This document shows positions 1-8,922 of a stretch of 64,000 nucleotides of DNA, in pieces. Within the stretch, counting starts at the first letter, position 1, and every line of letters starts with the position of its first letter. The stretch is from Ostreococcus lucimarinus. Its lineage: Eukaryota. The notes under the pieces are model-generated. The model searched no databases. It saw nothing but the letters and a program-made list of their open reading frames with translations, and was not told the DNA's origin. The stretch lies in NCBI GenBank assembly GCA_000092065.1, contig CP000584.1, one strand, 5' to 3'. Made by a program: the position numbers and the translations under genes.

Positions 1-2
1 CT

Positions 3-926
3 CAAGGCAAGACGGTGACGCCTGTCGTGTTCGGTGCCGAGGGCAACACCATGCATTCTGCGGTCGTTCGAGAGATGGATCGTAACGCCGCATGCGGGGT
101 GAAGGTTATCAAGTTCCCGAACACTAATCCGCGGGTGTACAAGACCATCCCCATCCACTTGCCCAGCGACATGCGAAAGGATCTCAACTATAGCGCGCGC
201 ACGAAAGCCGGCGTCGCGTTGGAGTGCTTGCCGACAAAAGAAGGTCTTTTAATCGGTATCATGCTCGTGAAACCCGAAGATGAGGAAACGTGCGTCAAAT
301 TGAGCAACAAAGAATCTTTGAAGACGTTCTTCGACGAACATTTTCCGATGTTCGTGCCTTGGATCAAGGACGAAGATATCGAAAGCATGGCCAACAGCAA
401 GTTCTTCGGCTTGCCGTCGTTCGGGTACGTGGATAAGTCCCTTAATATGGGTGGTCAGGGCGCGCTTCTCGGGGATGCTATCCACACCGTGAAGCCGTAC
501 TTTGGCTTGGGTGTGAATTCGGCTTGGGAAGACGTAAAAGTGCTCGTCGAGGCTCTCGACGACGCCAACGGCGACACTTCTGTGGCGTTACCACACTACT
601 CTAAGAAGCGTGCGGCGGACGCCAAGGCGCTCGTCGATCTCTCTCGCAGCTTCGATGGAGGTTTCATGACCTTTGTCCTTCCTCTCATCGTCGATTCCAT
701 TTTCAACAAAGTCGCGCCTTGGCTCTTCATGCCCAACACGATTCAAATGCTGCAAAGGGAAGAGTGGTCTTTCAGCGCGATCGCCAAGCGCAAATGGCTC
801 GACCGTTTTATGCAAGGCACGGTCATTATGTCTTTTATGAGCGCTGTCGGGTACGCCGCGTTGCAACTGACGAGACAATACGTCTGGCCATTCGTCGCTC
901 GAGCGCTTTTGCGAGGCGGCGCGTAA
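3..926 (+). CDS. FAD-dependent monooxygenase, kynurenine 3-monooxygenase-like; C-terminal part only (5' end lies left of the window)
   Basis: Frame is open from nt 3; the listed ORF 15..926 starts at an internal GTG. GDAIHTVKPYFGLGVNSAWEDV fits the GDAAH..P..GQG.N...ED motif of flavoprotein hydroxylases. The downstream region is colinear with KMO, including a hydrophobic C-terminal anchor (IMSFMSAVGYAALQL). TAA at 924-926. Confidence 0.7.
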   Translation, partial: QGKTVTPVVFGAEGNTMHSAVVREMDRNAACGVKVIKFPNTNPRVYKTIPIHLPSDMRKDLNYSARTKAGVALECLPTKEGLLIGIMLVKPEDEETCVKLSNKESLKTFFDEHFPMFVPWIKDEDIESMANSKFFGLPSFGYVDKSLNMGGQGALLGDAIHTVKPYFGLGVNSAWEDVKVLVEALDDANGDTSVALPHYSKKRAADAKALVDLSRSFDGGFMTFVLPLIVDSIFNKVAPWLFMPNTIQMLQREEWSFSAIAKRKWLDRFMQGTVIMSFMSAVGYAALQLTRQYVWPFVARALLRGGA

Positions 927-1035
927 TTAAAACAGATGTGTCTTCTTTAATAATGCAAGTAATAAGCTGCTCGCGTAGAACGCACACACGCCTAAATCGA
1001 AAGAATGTCGTAAGAACTGTCCTACGAAGTAGAAT

Positions 1036-1731
1036 CTAGTAAATCCACGCTCCCCCCCCTATCGAGTTCATTGGCAGCGCGTAAGCCGCGCTCGCGAAGT
1101 ACTTTTCGAGCTGCGGAAGTGCCTTAAAGTTGGCGTGGTACCGCTTGAGCTCCGGAAACGTCTCCAACGGCGACTTCATACCGCGCCTGTTCGCGATGAT
1201 TTCGTGTTGATCCAGCATCTCGAACAGGTGAAAGTCGGCGCTCGACGGCGCGTCGCGAATCAAAAATTCCATCCCGCGTTGCTTCAGCAACGTCTCGAAT
1301 TTCGCGTAGAACTTACCCACCGTCGCGTTCATGTGATCATCGCAGTTCTTTTCGAACGCCTCCTTCGTCGTCGTCTTGCCGTTGAACGGATACACCACGC
1401 CCATCAACGCGTTCCGCAAGTCGTAGATTTCCGCCAGCGCCTGCGCGTTCGCCCATCTATGGTCCTCGCTCGCGAACGCGTCCACGCCCGTGACTTGACC
1501 CAAGAACTCGAGCACCACGCTCGAGTGCGTCACGACTTGACCGTCGCACTCGACGTACGGCAGGTTGATCAGCGCGTTCCCGCTCGCGAGCTCCGGTTTC
1601 TTCCCCGCGAACCACGATCCCGCGTCGGCGTAGTTCACGTCGGCGTAATCCGCGCCGGCGTACTCGCAGAGCATGCGCGCGGGCGCGCCGAGGCCGCGAA
1701 TCGGCCAGTATCCGAGCTCAATCTTCGGCAT
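1036..1731 (-). CDS. Glutathione S-transferase (mu/sigma-like)
   Basis: MPKIELGYWPIRGLGAPARMLCEYAG resembles the mu-class GST N-terminus (MP..LGYW.IRGL), followed by a C-terminal helical GST domain. I chose the ATG at 1731. The track extension to 1890 is Arg/Ala-rich and overlaps exon 1 of the divergent neighbour. Confidence 0.8.
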   Translation of the reverse strand: MPKIELGYWPIRGLGAPARMLCEYAGADYADVNYADAGSWFAGKKPELASGNALINLPYVECDGQVVTHSSVVLEFLGQVTGVDAFASEDHRWANAQALAEIYDLRNALMGVVYPFNGKTTTKEAFEKNCDDHMNATVGKFYAKFETLLKQRGMEFLIRDAPSSADFHLFEMLDQHEIIANRRGMKSPLETFPELKRYHANFKALPQLEKYFASAAYALPMNSIGGGAWIY

Positions 1732-1849
1732 CGCGCGCGCGGTGGCGTGCTTCGCGGGCGCGCGCGCGGCGTCGCGTTGTCGCGGTCGAGCGGGCGGCGG
1801 CGGCCTTCGGGACAACGCGACGCGCGACGGCGACGACGGCGCGCGAGAC

Positions 1850-2666
1850 ATGGCGAGCGTCGCGCCGCGCGCGCGATGCGGGACGATCAAGGTGCGCGAG
1901 TTCGCGCCTCGCGAGCTCGGACGGACGCGGCGTGGGCGCGCGCGGCGACGGCGCGCGACGACGTTTTGGATATCGGTTTAGATACGGCGCGAGTTCGAAC
2001 GAAGGATGCGCGCGCGTTTCGCGAACGGACGACTGACGAACGCGCCGAGCGCGCGCACAGACTATCGTGAACGCACCGACGAAGCGAGGCGCGCGAACGA
2101 CGACGCGCGCGAGTGGTAAGGGCGATGGGAAGGATCGGGTGTACATTGGCAAGGGACGTTACGTCGAAGACGACGCCAAGAAGTACGCTGGGCGCGATAA
2201 CTGGTTCACCGGCGGATGGCCGGGCGGAGAGAAGCAACTGAAGGAAGTTTTCATTCAAGAAGAAGCGGCTGCGGCCGCGCAGGCGGCGAAGGAGAGCGCG
2301 AAGAATGAGCTTCCAGAGTACGCCAAGGGCGACGATACTATTTACGTCGGCAAGGGTAAATACGTTAAAGGTGACGCGAAAAAGTTCGCAGGTCGCGATA
2401 ACTTGTTGACGGGCGGGTGGGCCGGTGGTGAGGTCGGACTGAAGGTTGGGGAGAAGCTGAAGATGAAGAAGGGTGATTTAGTCAAGGTGGCGGCGGGCGG
2501 CGGTTTCTTCGGCATGGGCGGTAAGCCCCAGCGCGTCGGCACCGTTCGCAAAGTGAACGTCAAGAAGAACGGCGATTGCACGATTGAAATCGCCGTGTTG
2601 CCGTTCGATCGCGTCGAAACCGTGGACAGTTCTCTGTGCACGCCGACCACACTGGAGGAAATGTAA
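1850..2666 (+). CDS. Conserved hypothetical protein with duplicated YxGKGxYV..DAKKxAGRDN..TGGWxGGE motif and C-terminal SH3/KOW-like segment (2 exons: 1850..1891, 2061..2666)
   Basis: Track ORF 2067..2666 starts at GTG and has no ATG. Exon 1 (ATG 1850, MASVAPRARCGTIK) ends before GTGCGCGAG and joins in phase 0 at CACAG|ACT (2061). The motif occurs twice (YIGKGRYVEDDAKKYAGRDNWFTGGWPGGE and YVGKGKYVKGDAKKFAGRDNLLTGGWAGGE). The N-terminus looks like a transit peptide. Confidence 0.7.
1892..2060 (+). other. Spliceosomal intron (GT-AG, 169 nt, phase 0)
   Basis: Donor is GTGCGCGAG at 1892. Branch-like GACGACTGACGAA lies about 24 nt before the CACAG acceptor ending at 2060. Splicing supplies the ATG that the downstream ORF lacks. 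Confidence 0.7.
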
Positions 2667-2760
2667 ACGCGTGAACGCTCGTTCTCGAATGACCGCGCCG
2701 CGACGACAGGAACCAGGGGTCTGACGCTCTCGTCCGAACTCGTCCTATCGCGAGTTTCGT

Positions 2761-2805
2761 TAATATTCAATACTTTAATATTCAATACTTTAATATTCAA
2801 TACAC
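2761..2805. repeat. AT-rich 15-bp tandem repeat x3 (TAATATTCAATACTT)
   Basis: The sequence reads taatattcaatactt taatattcaatactt taatattcaatacac. It is the only AT-rich microsatellite in the window and lies in the spacer between the 2666 stop and the 2889 ORF. Confidence 0.95.
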
Positions 2806-2888
2806 ACCGATACCGACACCACCGCGAACGATCGTACGCGTCGCCGCCGCAGCCGCCGCCTGCGCCGGTCCTCAGACGCCGGCGGTTC

Positions 2889-3266
2889 ATGCCCGCCGCC
2901 GCGCCACCGGCATCCCCTTCGACGCCGTCGGCGACGATATCTACCGCGCCCACGCACCCCGCCAACTGCTTGTGCTGCATCGGCGGCCCCGACCTGTCGT
3001 TCGAGCGCGCCGTCTTTTCCATCCTCGCATTGAAGTTGGGCTTTGAGTACGACACCGCGGCGAAGTTTATTCGTCTCTGCCGCGCCTCGCCTCGAATGGT
3101 GCTGAGTAAAGGCAAGTTTAAGGTCGCATCGAAGGTGCGAGGGAAAGATATCGACGCGCTGAGCGCGGAGGAGGTGCAGAGGGTGCAGGATGCGGTGCTA
3201 GGCGAGTACGCGGGGACGCTGGCGTTGGAAGAGAAGCAAAGAATCGACGCCGGTACGCGACGTTGA
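2889..3266 (+). CDS. Hypothetical 125-aa protein (no family recognised)
   Basis: ATG-initiated ORF. From residue 30 the composition is not Arg/Ala-biased (PDLSFERAVFSILALKLGFEYDTAAKFIRLCRASPRMVLSKGKFKV...LSAEEVQRVQDAVLGEY). The TGA lies 7 nt before the next gene's ATG. Coding status is unproven. Confidence 0.45.
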   Translation: MPAAAPPASPSTPSATISTAPTHPANCLCCIGGPDLSFERAVFSILALKLGFEYDTAAKFIRLCRASPRMVLSKGKFKVASKVRGKDIDALSAEEVQRVQDAVLGEYAGTLALEEKQRIDAGTRR

Positions 3267-3273
3267 CGTCGCG

Positions 3274-5865
3274 ATGGTGAACGCAGATGGACTACACACG
3301 GTGTGTGATTACGCACGATGGAGAGCGTGCGATCCCACGACGCGATTTCGCGAGGCGGTGCGATATTATGAAACGTTGAACGGCGCGCCGACGACGTTGC
3401 GCTTTGGCGAACTTGTCGACGAGGCGACGCGTTTGAGCGATTTTTTCGCGCCGTACGCGAAGTCAGCGGTACGTGACTCTCCGCCTTGTTGCGTGATCAC
3501 GCTTGAAGACGGCGTGGAAGTGTTCACATGCCAGTTGGCGGCGATGTTTGCAGGTATGGCGGTGTCACCGATGAGTACGCGAGATCCTGCAAAACGATTG
3601 GCGAGCGTCTTTGCAGACGCGGATGTCCGCATCGTGATCGTTCGTGATGGGGACGAGGCATTGAAGGTGGGCGAACTCACGAATGCGAAAGTTTTTACCG
3701 TCGAAGCGTTATTCAGGGCCCAACAACGATCAGCCACTGCGACCATCGCAGTAAAAGCCGACGACGCCTCGCACGTGTTTTTCACGAGTGGATCTACGGG
3801 GCGACCGAAGGGCTGCGTGGCTTCACACGCCGCGCTGTTGTCATACTGCGAAGCGAAGAACATTGCACATGAAATTGACGGTACAAGTGTTGTGTACTGT
3901 GCGAGCAGTCACATGTTTGACCCGCACTTTACGGATTTTTGCAGCGCCATCGTCGCCGGCTGTACGTTGACTTCAGCGTCGCGTGAAGTCACGTTCGCGC
4001 GACTCGGTGATGCTTTGCGAGTATCGAGCGCAACGCATTGTTTGACGACGCCTATTTTGCTCAGTTCGGTACGAGAAATTCCGAGTTTGAAATATTTGCG
4101 GCTCGTCGCGCTCGGCGGAGAAACGATGTCTAAATCGCTCGCGCAAGCTTGGCTCGATGCCGGCGTTCGAGTGGCAAACACATACGGCGTCACGGAATGT
4201 GTCGCGTATCAGACGTTCTGTGAGATAAAACAAGCGTCAAACGATGACTTGCGCACGTTGGGGGATCCACTTCCGGGTAATACATTCATATTTGCCGCCG
4301 ATCCCGGCGACGATCCGACGTTGACGGCGAAAGCGGGCGAGCTTGCAGAACTATGGATCGGCGGGCGCCAGGTCGGGAACGGATATTTGAACCGTCCTGA
4401 GCTCACATCGGCGCGTTTTAAAAATAATTTGTACCGAACGGGCGACATAGTTAAAGTTTCCTCCGACGGCCAGCACATTCTCGTCGGACGTCGCGACGAT
4501 CAAGTGAAGATAAGCGGTCAGCGCGTCGAGCTTGGAGAAGTTGAAGACGCGATTCGCCGTACGTGCAGCGCGTTCACACGTGAAGTGAAGTGTGTTCTGG
4601 CAAGTACAACAAAACAGCTCATCGCTTATTGCACTGGATCTTTCACGGACGTTGACACCGTGGTCACGGCGGCCATGCGATATGCCGTCGCCCGAGAGAT
4701 TCCTCAGCACATGGTTCCATCCATGTTTGTGTTTTTGGACGAGTTGCCGATGACGTCGACAGGAAAAGTTTCGCGCGCGGATTTGTCGCGGCGCGAAGTC
4801 GATGTGCGCGAGCAGGGATGCGCAATCAAGTTTGGTGAGTTTGGTGCGGATTTGGCACGAATATGGTCAGATGAGCTTGGTGTCGATGTAACGCACGGTG
4901 ATGCGGATTTCACAGCGAATGGTGGCGACTCGCTACGAGCGCTTAGAGTAGTTCAGCGAGTAAAAGCGCTCATCATAAAAGAAGACGTCGACGCTGGTGG
5001 TGGTACGTTCGGCGAAGCACTCGGGGCGTTTGCGCCCATCGAACTGTTACAGCGCTCACGGCTAAATGACTACGCGCGCTTTATTCGCGGCAGCGTCGAA
5101 GACTGGCCTTCAAGATATGCCACGGATTCAGACGCCGATGAAGCCGAGGCAACGCTCAGTGATATCGATATCGGCTTGCACGTATTGATTCGCGCATCAG
5201 CGGCAGGTCACGTGAGTTTGGTAAAGCTGCTCGTCGATGCAGGCGTTAGCGTCGATCCAAACTCACGCTCAACGCCGCTCCACGTGGCGTGCGCCAATGC
5301 GCGCGTCGAATGCGTGCGAGCGCTCCTTGATTCCGGTGCCTCCGTGAACGCGCTCGGTACTAGCAGAAGAACGCCGTTGATATTTGCCGTTTCTTCGCCG
5401 ATGTGTACATCTGAGCTCGTGAAGATTCTGTTGGGACGTGGCGCCGCGATTGGCGCAGTCGACGAGGACAAGCAAACTGTTTTGCACGCCGCGGCGCGGG
5501 TGGGCGCGGCGTCTTCGGTCATCGGCACCTTACTCGACGCGCAGTCTACTTCATCCGCGAAAGGTAAAGCGTCAAAAAAAGCGTTGATGTTGCACGTCAA
5601 CGCTCTCGATGTCTGGGGACGTACCGCCTTGCACTGGGCCTCGGTAAACGGCCATCGCAACGCGTGCAAATCGCTCCTCGAGCGAGACGTAGACGCATCG
5701 ATCAAAGATGTCAACGGCGAAACCGCGCGCGACATAGCCGAACGCCGCGCGCTGTGTAGCGCCCAGGAGCGCCCCAGAGGCGGTCGGCCGAGCACGTGGG
5801 GCGACATCGCCAACTTACTCGGCGGAAGCGGAGCTACGAAACACCTCAAAGCGTCTCTGGCGTAA
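3274..5865 (+). CDS. NRPS-like adenylation + thiolation (carrier) didomain protein with C-terminal ankyrin repeats
   Basis: AMP-binding core motifs are present: FTSGSTGRPKGC, TYGVTE, YRTGD and GKVSR. A phosphopantetheine-attachment motif (FTANGGDSLRALRV) follows. At least four ankyrin repeats come next (TPLHVACANARVECVRALLDSGASVN, RTPLIFA, QTVLHAAARVG, RTALHWASVNGHRNACKSLLERDVD). I saw no C, TE or R domain. Confidence 0.85.
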   Translation: MVNADGLHTVCDYARWRACDPTTRFREAVRYYETLNGAPTTLRFGELVDEATRLSDFFAPYAKSAVRDSPPCCVITLEDGVEVFTCQLAAMFAGMAVSPMSTRDPAKRLASVFADADVRIVIVRDGDEALKVGELTNAKVFTVEALFRAQQRSATATIAVKADDASHVFFTSGSTGRPKGCVASHAALLSYCEAKNIAHEIDGTSVVYCASSHMFDPHFTDFCSAIVAGCTLTSASREVTFARLGDALRVSSATHCLTTPILLSSVREIPSLKYLRLVALGGETMSKSLAQAWLDAGVRVANTYGVTECVAYQTFCEIKQASNDDLRTLGDPLPGNTFIFAADPGDDPTLTAKAGELAELWIGGRQVGNGYLNRPELTSARFKNNLYRTGDIVKVSSDGQHILVGRRDDQVKISGQRVELGEVEDAIRRTCSAFTREVKCVLASTTKQLIAYCTGSFTDVDTVVTAAMRYAVAREIPQHMVPSMFVFLDELPMTSTGKVSRADLSRREVDVREQGCAIKFGEFGADLARIWSDELGVDVTHGDADFTANGGDSLRALRVVQRVKALIIKEDVDAGGGTFGEALGAFAPIELLQRSRLNDYARFIRGSVEDWPSRYATDSDADEAEATLSDIDIGLHVLIRASAAGHVSLVKLLVDAGVSVDPNSRSTPLHVACANARVECVRALLDSGASVNALGTSRRTPLIFAVSSPMCTSELVKILLGRGAAIGAVDEDKQTVLHAAARVGAASSVIGTLLDAQSTSSAKGKASKKALMLHVNALDVWGRTALHWASVNGHRNACKSLLERDVDASIKDVNGETARDIAERRALCSAQERPRGGRPSTWGDIANLLGGSGATKHLKASLA

Positions 5866-5880
5866 ACGCGCCTCGCAGAG

Positions 5881-5885
5881 TTACA
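5881..5885 (-). promoter_or_regulatory. Candidate TGTAA polyadenylation signal
   Basis: TGTAA on the minus strand, about 40 nt downstream of the stop at 5925. UGUAA is the typical chlorophyte poly(A) signal. Confidence 0.35.
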
Positions 5886-5924
5886 TTGTACATTCTAGAT
5901 AATCCCTCACGCAACGAACGCGCG

Positions 5925-6383
5925 CTACCATAACATATCATCATCCGCATCGTCTTCACCGTCCTCGATCCCCTCGCTCGTCGTCATCGCTCCGATCGCC
6001 CTCGCCGCGTGTTCCGCCGTCTCCGCGTCCGCCCCGCTCGTCGCCGCGAAGTACGCCGCGTTCCTCTTCTTCACCTCCCGCTTCGCCGCCTCCCCCAGCG
6101 CCTCTCGCGGGGCGTCGTCACCACTTCGACGCATCGCTCGCTGTCTCGCGCGCACCGCCTGCTTGTTCATCCGCTTCACGTCCAGCGCGTGTTTATTATT
6201 CGTGCGCTTTTTCGCCTTTTTCGCACCCGCGCCGCCGCCGCCGCCGCCGTCGCCGCCGCCGCCGCGCCGCGCCGTCGCCGTTCCCGCCGCGCCGCTCCCG
6301 AGCGACTCCAACGCGCGCGCGAGTTGATCCTTGAGCAATCGCCGCGACATGTCGTCCCGCGTCGCGTCGCGATGTCGCGCCAT
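5925..6383 (-). CDS. Small basic protein with Gly-rich tract, Lys/Arg-rich centre and acidic C-terminus (hypothetical)
   Basis: ATG at 6383, with an alternative ATG at 6350 (MSRRLLKDQ). The sequence reads KKAKKRTNNKHALDVKRMNKQAVRARQRAMRR...EDGEDDADDDMLW. Composition looks nuclear or nucleolar. No family was assigned by eye. Confidence 0.5.
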   Translation of the reverse strand: MARHRDATRDDMSRRLLKDQLARALESLGSGAAGTATARRGGGGDGGGGGGAGAKKAKKRTNNKHALDVKRMNKQAVRARQRAMRRSGDDAPREALGEAAKREVKKRNAAYFAATSGADAETAEHAARAIGAMTTSEGIEDGEDDADDDMLW

Positions 6384-6400
6384 CGCGACGCGCGCGCGCG

Positions 6401-7189
6401 ATGTCGCGCGACGCCGACGCCGACGCGAGCGACGCCGACGCCGACGCGAGCGACGCCGACGACGCGCCGCGCGGCGAGGACCTGTACGCGATCCTCGGCC
6501 TGCGCAAGGAGGCGAATCCGTCGGCGAAGGACATCAAGCGCGCGTACCATCGCAAAGCGCTCGAACTTCATCCCGATAAAAACGTCGGCGACGCGAGCGC
6601 GGCGGGAAAGTTTCAGACGCTGCAGCGCGTGTACGGCGTGCTGAGCGACGAGACGAAGCGACGGACGTACGACGCGACGGGAAGGGTGGAGGACGCGGAG
6701 TTGGGAGGGGAGGCGTTTCAAAATCTGTACGAATATTACCGCGGGGCGTATAAGGAGGTGTCGACGGAGGATATCGAGGCGTTCGAGCGGGAGTATCGGG
6801 GAAGCGAGGCGGAAAAACGAGATGTGCTGGAGCGCTACGCGAAGTACGAGGGAGACATGACGCGGGTGTTCGCGTGGGTGATGTGTAGCGAGGAGGCGGA
6901 CGATTCGCATCGATTCGCCGACGTCGTGGACGAAGCCGTGAGGGATGGACGCGCGGAGTCGTACGCGGTGTACGAGGCGTGGGCGCGAGAGGTGAGGAAA
7001 CGAAAGGCGCCGAAAGATCCGCTGGGGGCGCGGAAGGTGAAAAAGGGGACTAAGAAGGGTGGCGGCGACGACGCGGATTTGTTTGCGCTCATTCAACGCA
7101 AGAACGCGATGCGAGCGGATCAGGCGGATGATATGTTCGCCGCGCTCGAGGCAAAGTACGCGCCGAAGAAAAGAACGAAGAAGAACTAG
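6401..7189 (+). CDS. J-domain protein, DNAJC9-like
   Basis: The J domain is DLYAILGL...AYHRKALELHPDKN...FQTLQRVYGVLSD..KRRTYD. The rest is colinear with DNAJC9 (EDIEAFEREYRGSEAEKRDVLERYAKYEGDM, Lys-rich tail ...MFAALEAKYAPKKRTKKN). Confidence 0.85.
   Translation: MSRDADADASDADADASDADDAPRGEDLYAILGLRKEANPSAKDIKRAYHRKALELHPDKNVGDASAAGKFQTLQRVYGVLSDETKRRTYDATGRVEDAELGGEAFQNLYEYYRGAYKEVSTEDIEAFEREYRGSEAEKRDVLERYAKYEGDMTRVFAWVMCSEEADDSHRFADVVDEAVRDGRAESYAVYEAWAREVRKRKAPKDPLGARKVKKGTKKGGGDDADLFALIQRKNAMRADQADDMFAALEAKYAPKKRTKKN
6410..6463 (+). repeat. Coding 21-bp tandem repeat (GACGCCGACGCCGACGCGAGC x2.6), encoding (DADADAS)n
   Basis: Two perfect copies lie at 6410..6430 and 6431..6451, followed by a partial third. 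The repeat sits in the N-terminal acidic extension of the J protein. Confidence 0.9.
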
Positions 7190-7221
7190 CTATTGTCAAT
7201 AATCTCAAGATGTGTGGACGC

Positions 7222-8922
7222 TCACAAGAAGAATCCTTTGCGAATGGGCGCGTTGGGAGGCTTGGCCTCGACGACGTTTGCGCCGAGCGCGTGCTTGCAA
7301 ATTTTGCCTTTCGCGTCGCCACTGTACAGCGCCTTACCATCGGTTGTTACCACAATGGCGTTCACGTCAGCGTCGTGAATAGTCGTTTTGAACATGAGTT
7401 CGCCATCCGTGACGCGCCAAACGCTTAATTCGCCGTCGCCGCGAATGATCGAATACGGTTTCGGCGCTTGCGCCGCTTTGGAACTTCCGATGACGATGAA
7501 AGGATCGTTCTTAATCGTACATAATGAGTTGACATATCCTTCCTGACCACCAACTGATCGCACCCATTGTAACGATAATTTGCCGCTCTTTCCTCGCACG
7601 TCGTGGATGCGCACGCTGCCATCCGCACCGGCGCAATAGAGCGTTCGACCGTCTTTCGCGATCGTCATCTCTCGCACCGCGGAAGTCATCTTCGTGGTCG
7701 AGTGAGGCTGCATCGGTGTGACTTTCGACTTCAAGTCCCATATCGCGATGTATGCATCGAGCGAACCACTCACGATGGCGCTGTTAACTCTCACCAACGA
7801 CGTGACGCAGTCGCTGTGAAATTCCAAATGTTTCACTGTTCCAATTTCTCTCTCACCCGCAGCAGCGCTCTCGAAACATCGATCATACGCATCAACGTCA
7901 TCGATGTCGTCGAGTTTGCTCGTATGCTTGAACGTGAGGTCCTCGCCACTGCTTCTTTCTTCGTTTGTAGGCGAAGACGTTAAATCCCACACATAAACTC
8001 TTCCATCTCGCAACAAGGGCGACGCCAGATAAATGATCGACAAGTCGTCGTTCGCCGCCATCGAACGACACTGTGGCGCGGTGTTTGTGTATTTGGACAG
8101 CTTTTTTACGTTGACGTATTTAAAAACATCGGCGAAATCGCTGTGCGGCGCGCTCCACGTCGTCGTCTCTCCGTTGTCCAGCGACACCTTACTCCATCCA
8201 CCATTTTCGTACCCGACGAGCGCTTCGCCGCTGGCTTTCGATATTTGCAACATCCGCACGGGTGTGTTTGCGTTGTTAAACTCGTCTCCGGTGGCGTTCA
8301 CCGGCGTTGGATAAAAGCTCCGCATCGCGCCAGCGCCAACGTCGCCGCTTGCTCGAATCTGCTTCACCACGCCGTTCGTCATCCCGACGTACACGCTCGC
8401 CCCATCCGGCGCGATCGTCATCACGCGCACACCCTCGCGCACGAACTCCCCCTCGCCTTCGCGCGAAACTGCCTCTGGAACGACGACGCGCTCGAACGCC
8501 GCGCGCGTCGTCTTCATCTTTTCCGCCCGCGCCGGCGCCGACGTCGCGGTCCCGCCCAAACTCAAAGTCGTCGTCGAAGACGACGACGACGACGCTCCAT
8601 CGACCGCGACCGCGTCGAGATCCACCATTTGCGGCGGTGTCTCCCGCGTCCGCGGTCGGCGATGCTTCGCGTACCGCCCCGCGACTTTCCTCGCCCTTCG
8701 CTCGCGATCGCCCTCCCCATCGAGCGTTTCTTCATCGACCACCTCCACTTCGCGTATCCGCACCATCGCCCGCGCCGCCCCGCCCCGCCTCGCCTTCGCC
8801 GCGCCGCGACGTCTCGTCGACCTTCCTCGTCGCGCCTCGCGCTCGCGCGCGCGCGCGTCGATCTCGCGCGCGTCCGACTGGTCAGAGACGCGTCGCCCTC
8901 CCGAGCGTTTTTTTTTAATCAT
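7222..8922 (-). CDS. WD40 / beta-propeller repeat protein
   Basis: WD-like blades are present (HSDCVTSLVRVNSAIVSGSLDAYIAIWDL, DGRTLYCAGADGSVRIHDV, GDGELSVWRV, GKALYSGDAKGKICKH). The first ATG in frame is 8922 (MIKKKRSGG). The track extension to 9279 is an Arg-rich shadow overlapping the divergent gene. Confidence 0.7.
   Translation of the reverse strand: MIKKKRSGGRRVSDQSDAREIDARAREREARRGRSTRRRGAAKARRGGAARAMVRIREVEVVDEETLDGEGDRERRARKVAGRYAKHRRPRTRETPPQMVDLDAVAVDGASSSSSSTTTLSLGGTATSAPARAEKMKTTRAAFERVVVPEAVSREGEGEFVREGVRVMTIAPDGASVYVGMTNGVVKQIRASGDVGAGAMRSFYPTPVNATGDEFNNANTPVRMLQISKASGEALVGYENGGWSKVSLDNGETTTWSAPHSDFADVFKYVNVKKLSKYTNTAPQCRSMAANDDLSIIYLASPLLRDGRVYVWDLTSSPTNEERSSGEDLTFKHTSKLDDIDDVDAYDRCFESAAAGEREIGTVKHLEFHSDCVTSLVRVNSAIVSGSLDAYIAIWDLKSKVTPMQPHSTTKMTSAVREMTIAKDGRTLYCAGADGSVRIHDVRGKSGKLSLQWVRSVGGQEGYVNSLCTIKNDPFIVIGSSKAAQAPKPYSIIRGDGELSVWRVTDGELMFKTTIHDADVNAIVVTTDGKALYSGDAKGKICKHALGANVVEAKPPNAPIRKGFFL

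Noticed and set aside
1732-1890. 53-residue N-terminal extension of the GST ORF
   Set aside because: MPKIELGYW is the canonical mu-class GST N-terminus. The extension is Arg/Ala/Pro-rich, and it overlaps exon 1 and the ATG of the divergent gene.
2761-2805. Regularly spaced direct repeats, considered as a possible CRISPR-like array
   Set aside because: It has only three contiguous 15-bp units with no spacers, in a eukaryotic context. It is a simple AT-rich microsatellite.
3135-3286. Intron-like segment: GTGCGAGGG donor at 3135, GTTGACG branch-like motif, AACGCAG acceptor ending at 3286. It could fuse ORF 2889..3266 to the NRPS-like gene.
   Set aside because: The donor is in phase 0, but the acceptor would enter the NRPS-like frame in phase 1. 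The spliced frame hits a TGA after 30 codons. Splicing would also delete the ATG at 3274 and the start of the adenylation domain. The branch motif is TTGAC rather than the CTGAC seen in all six supported introns.
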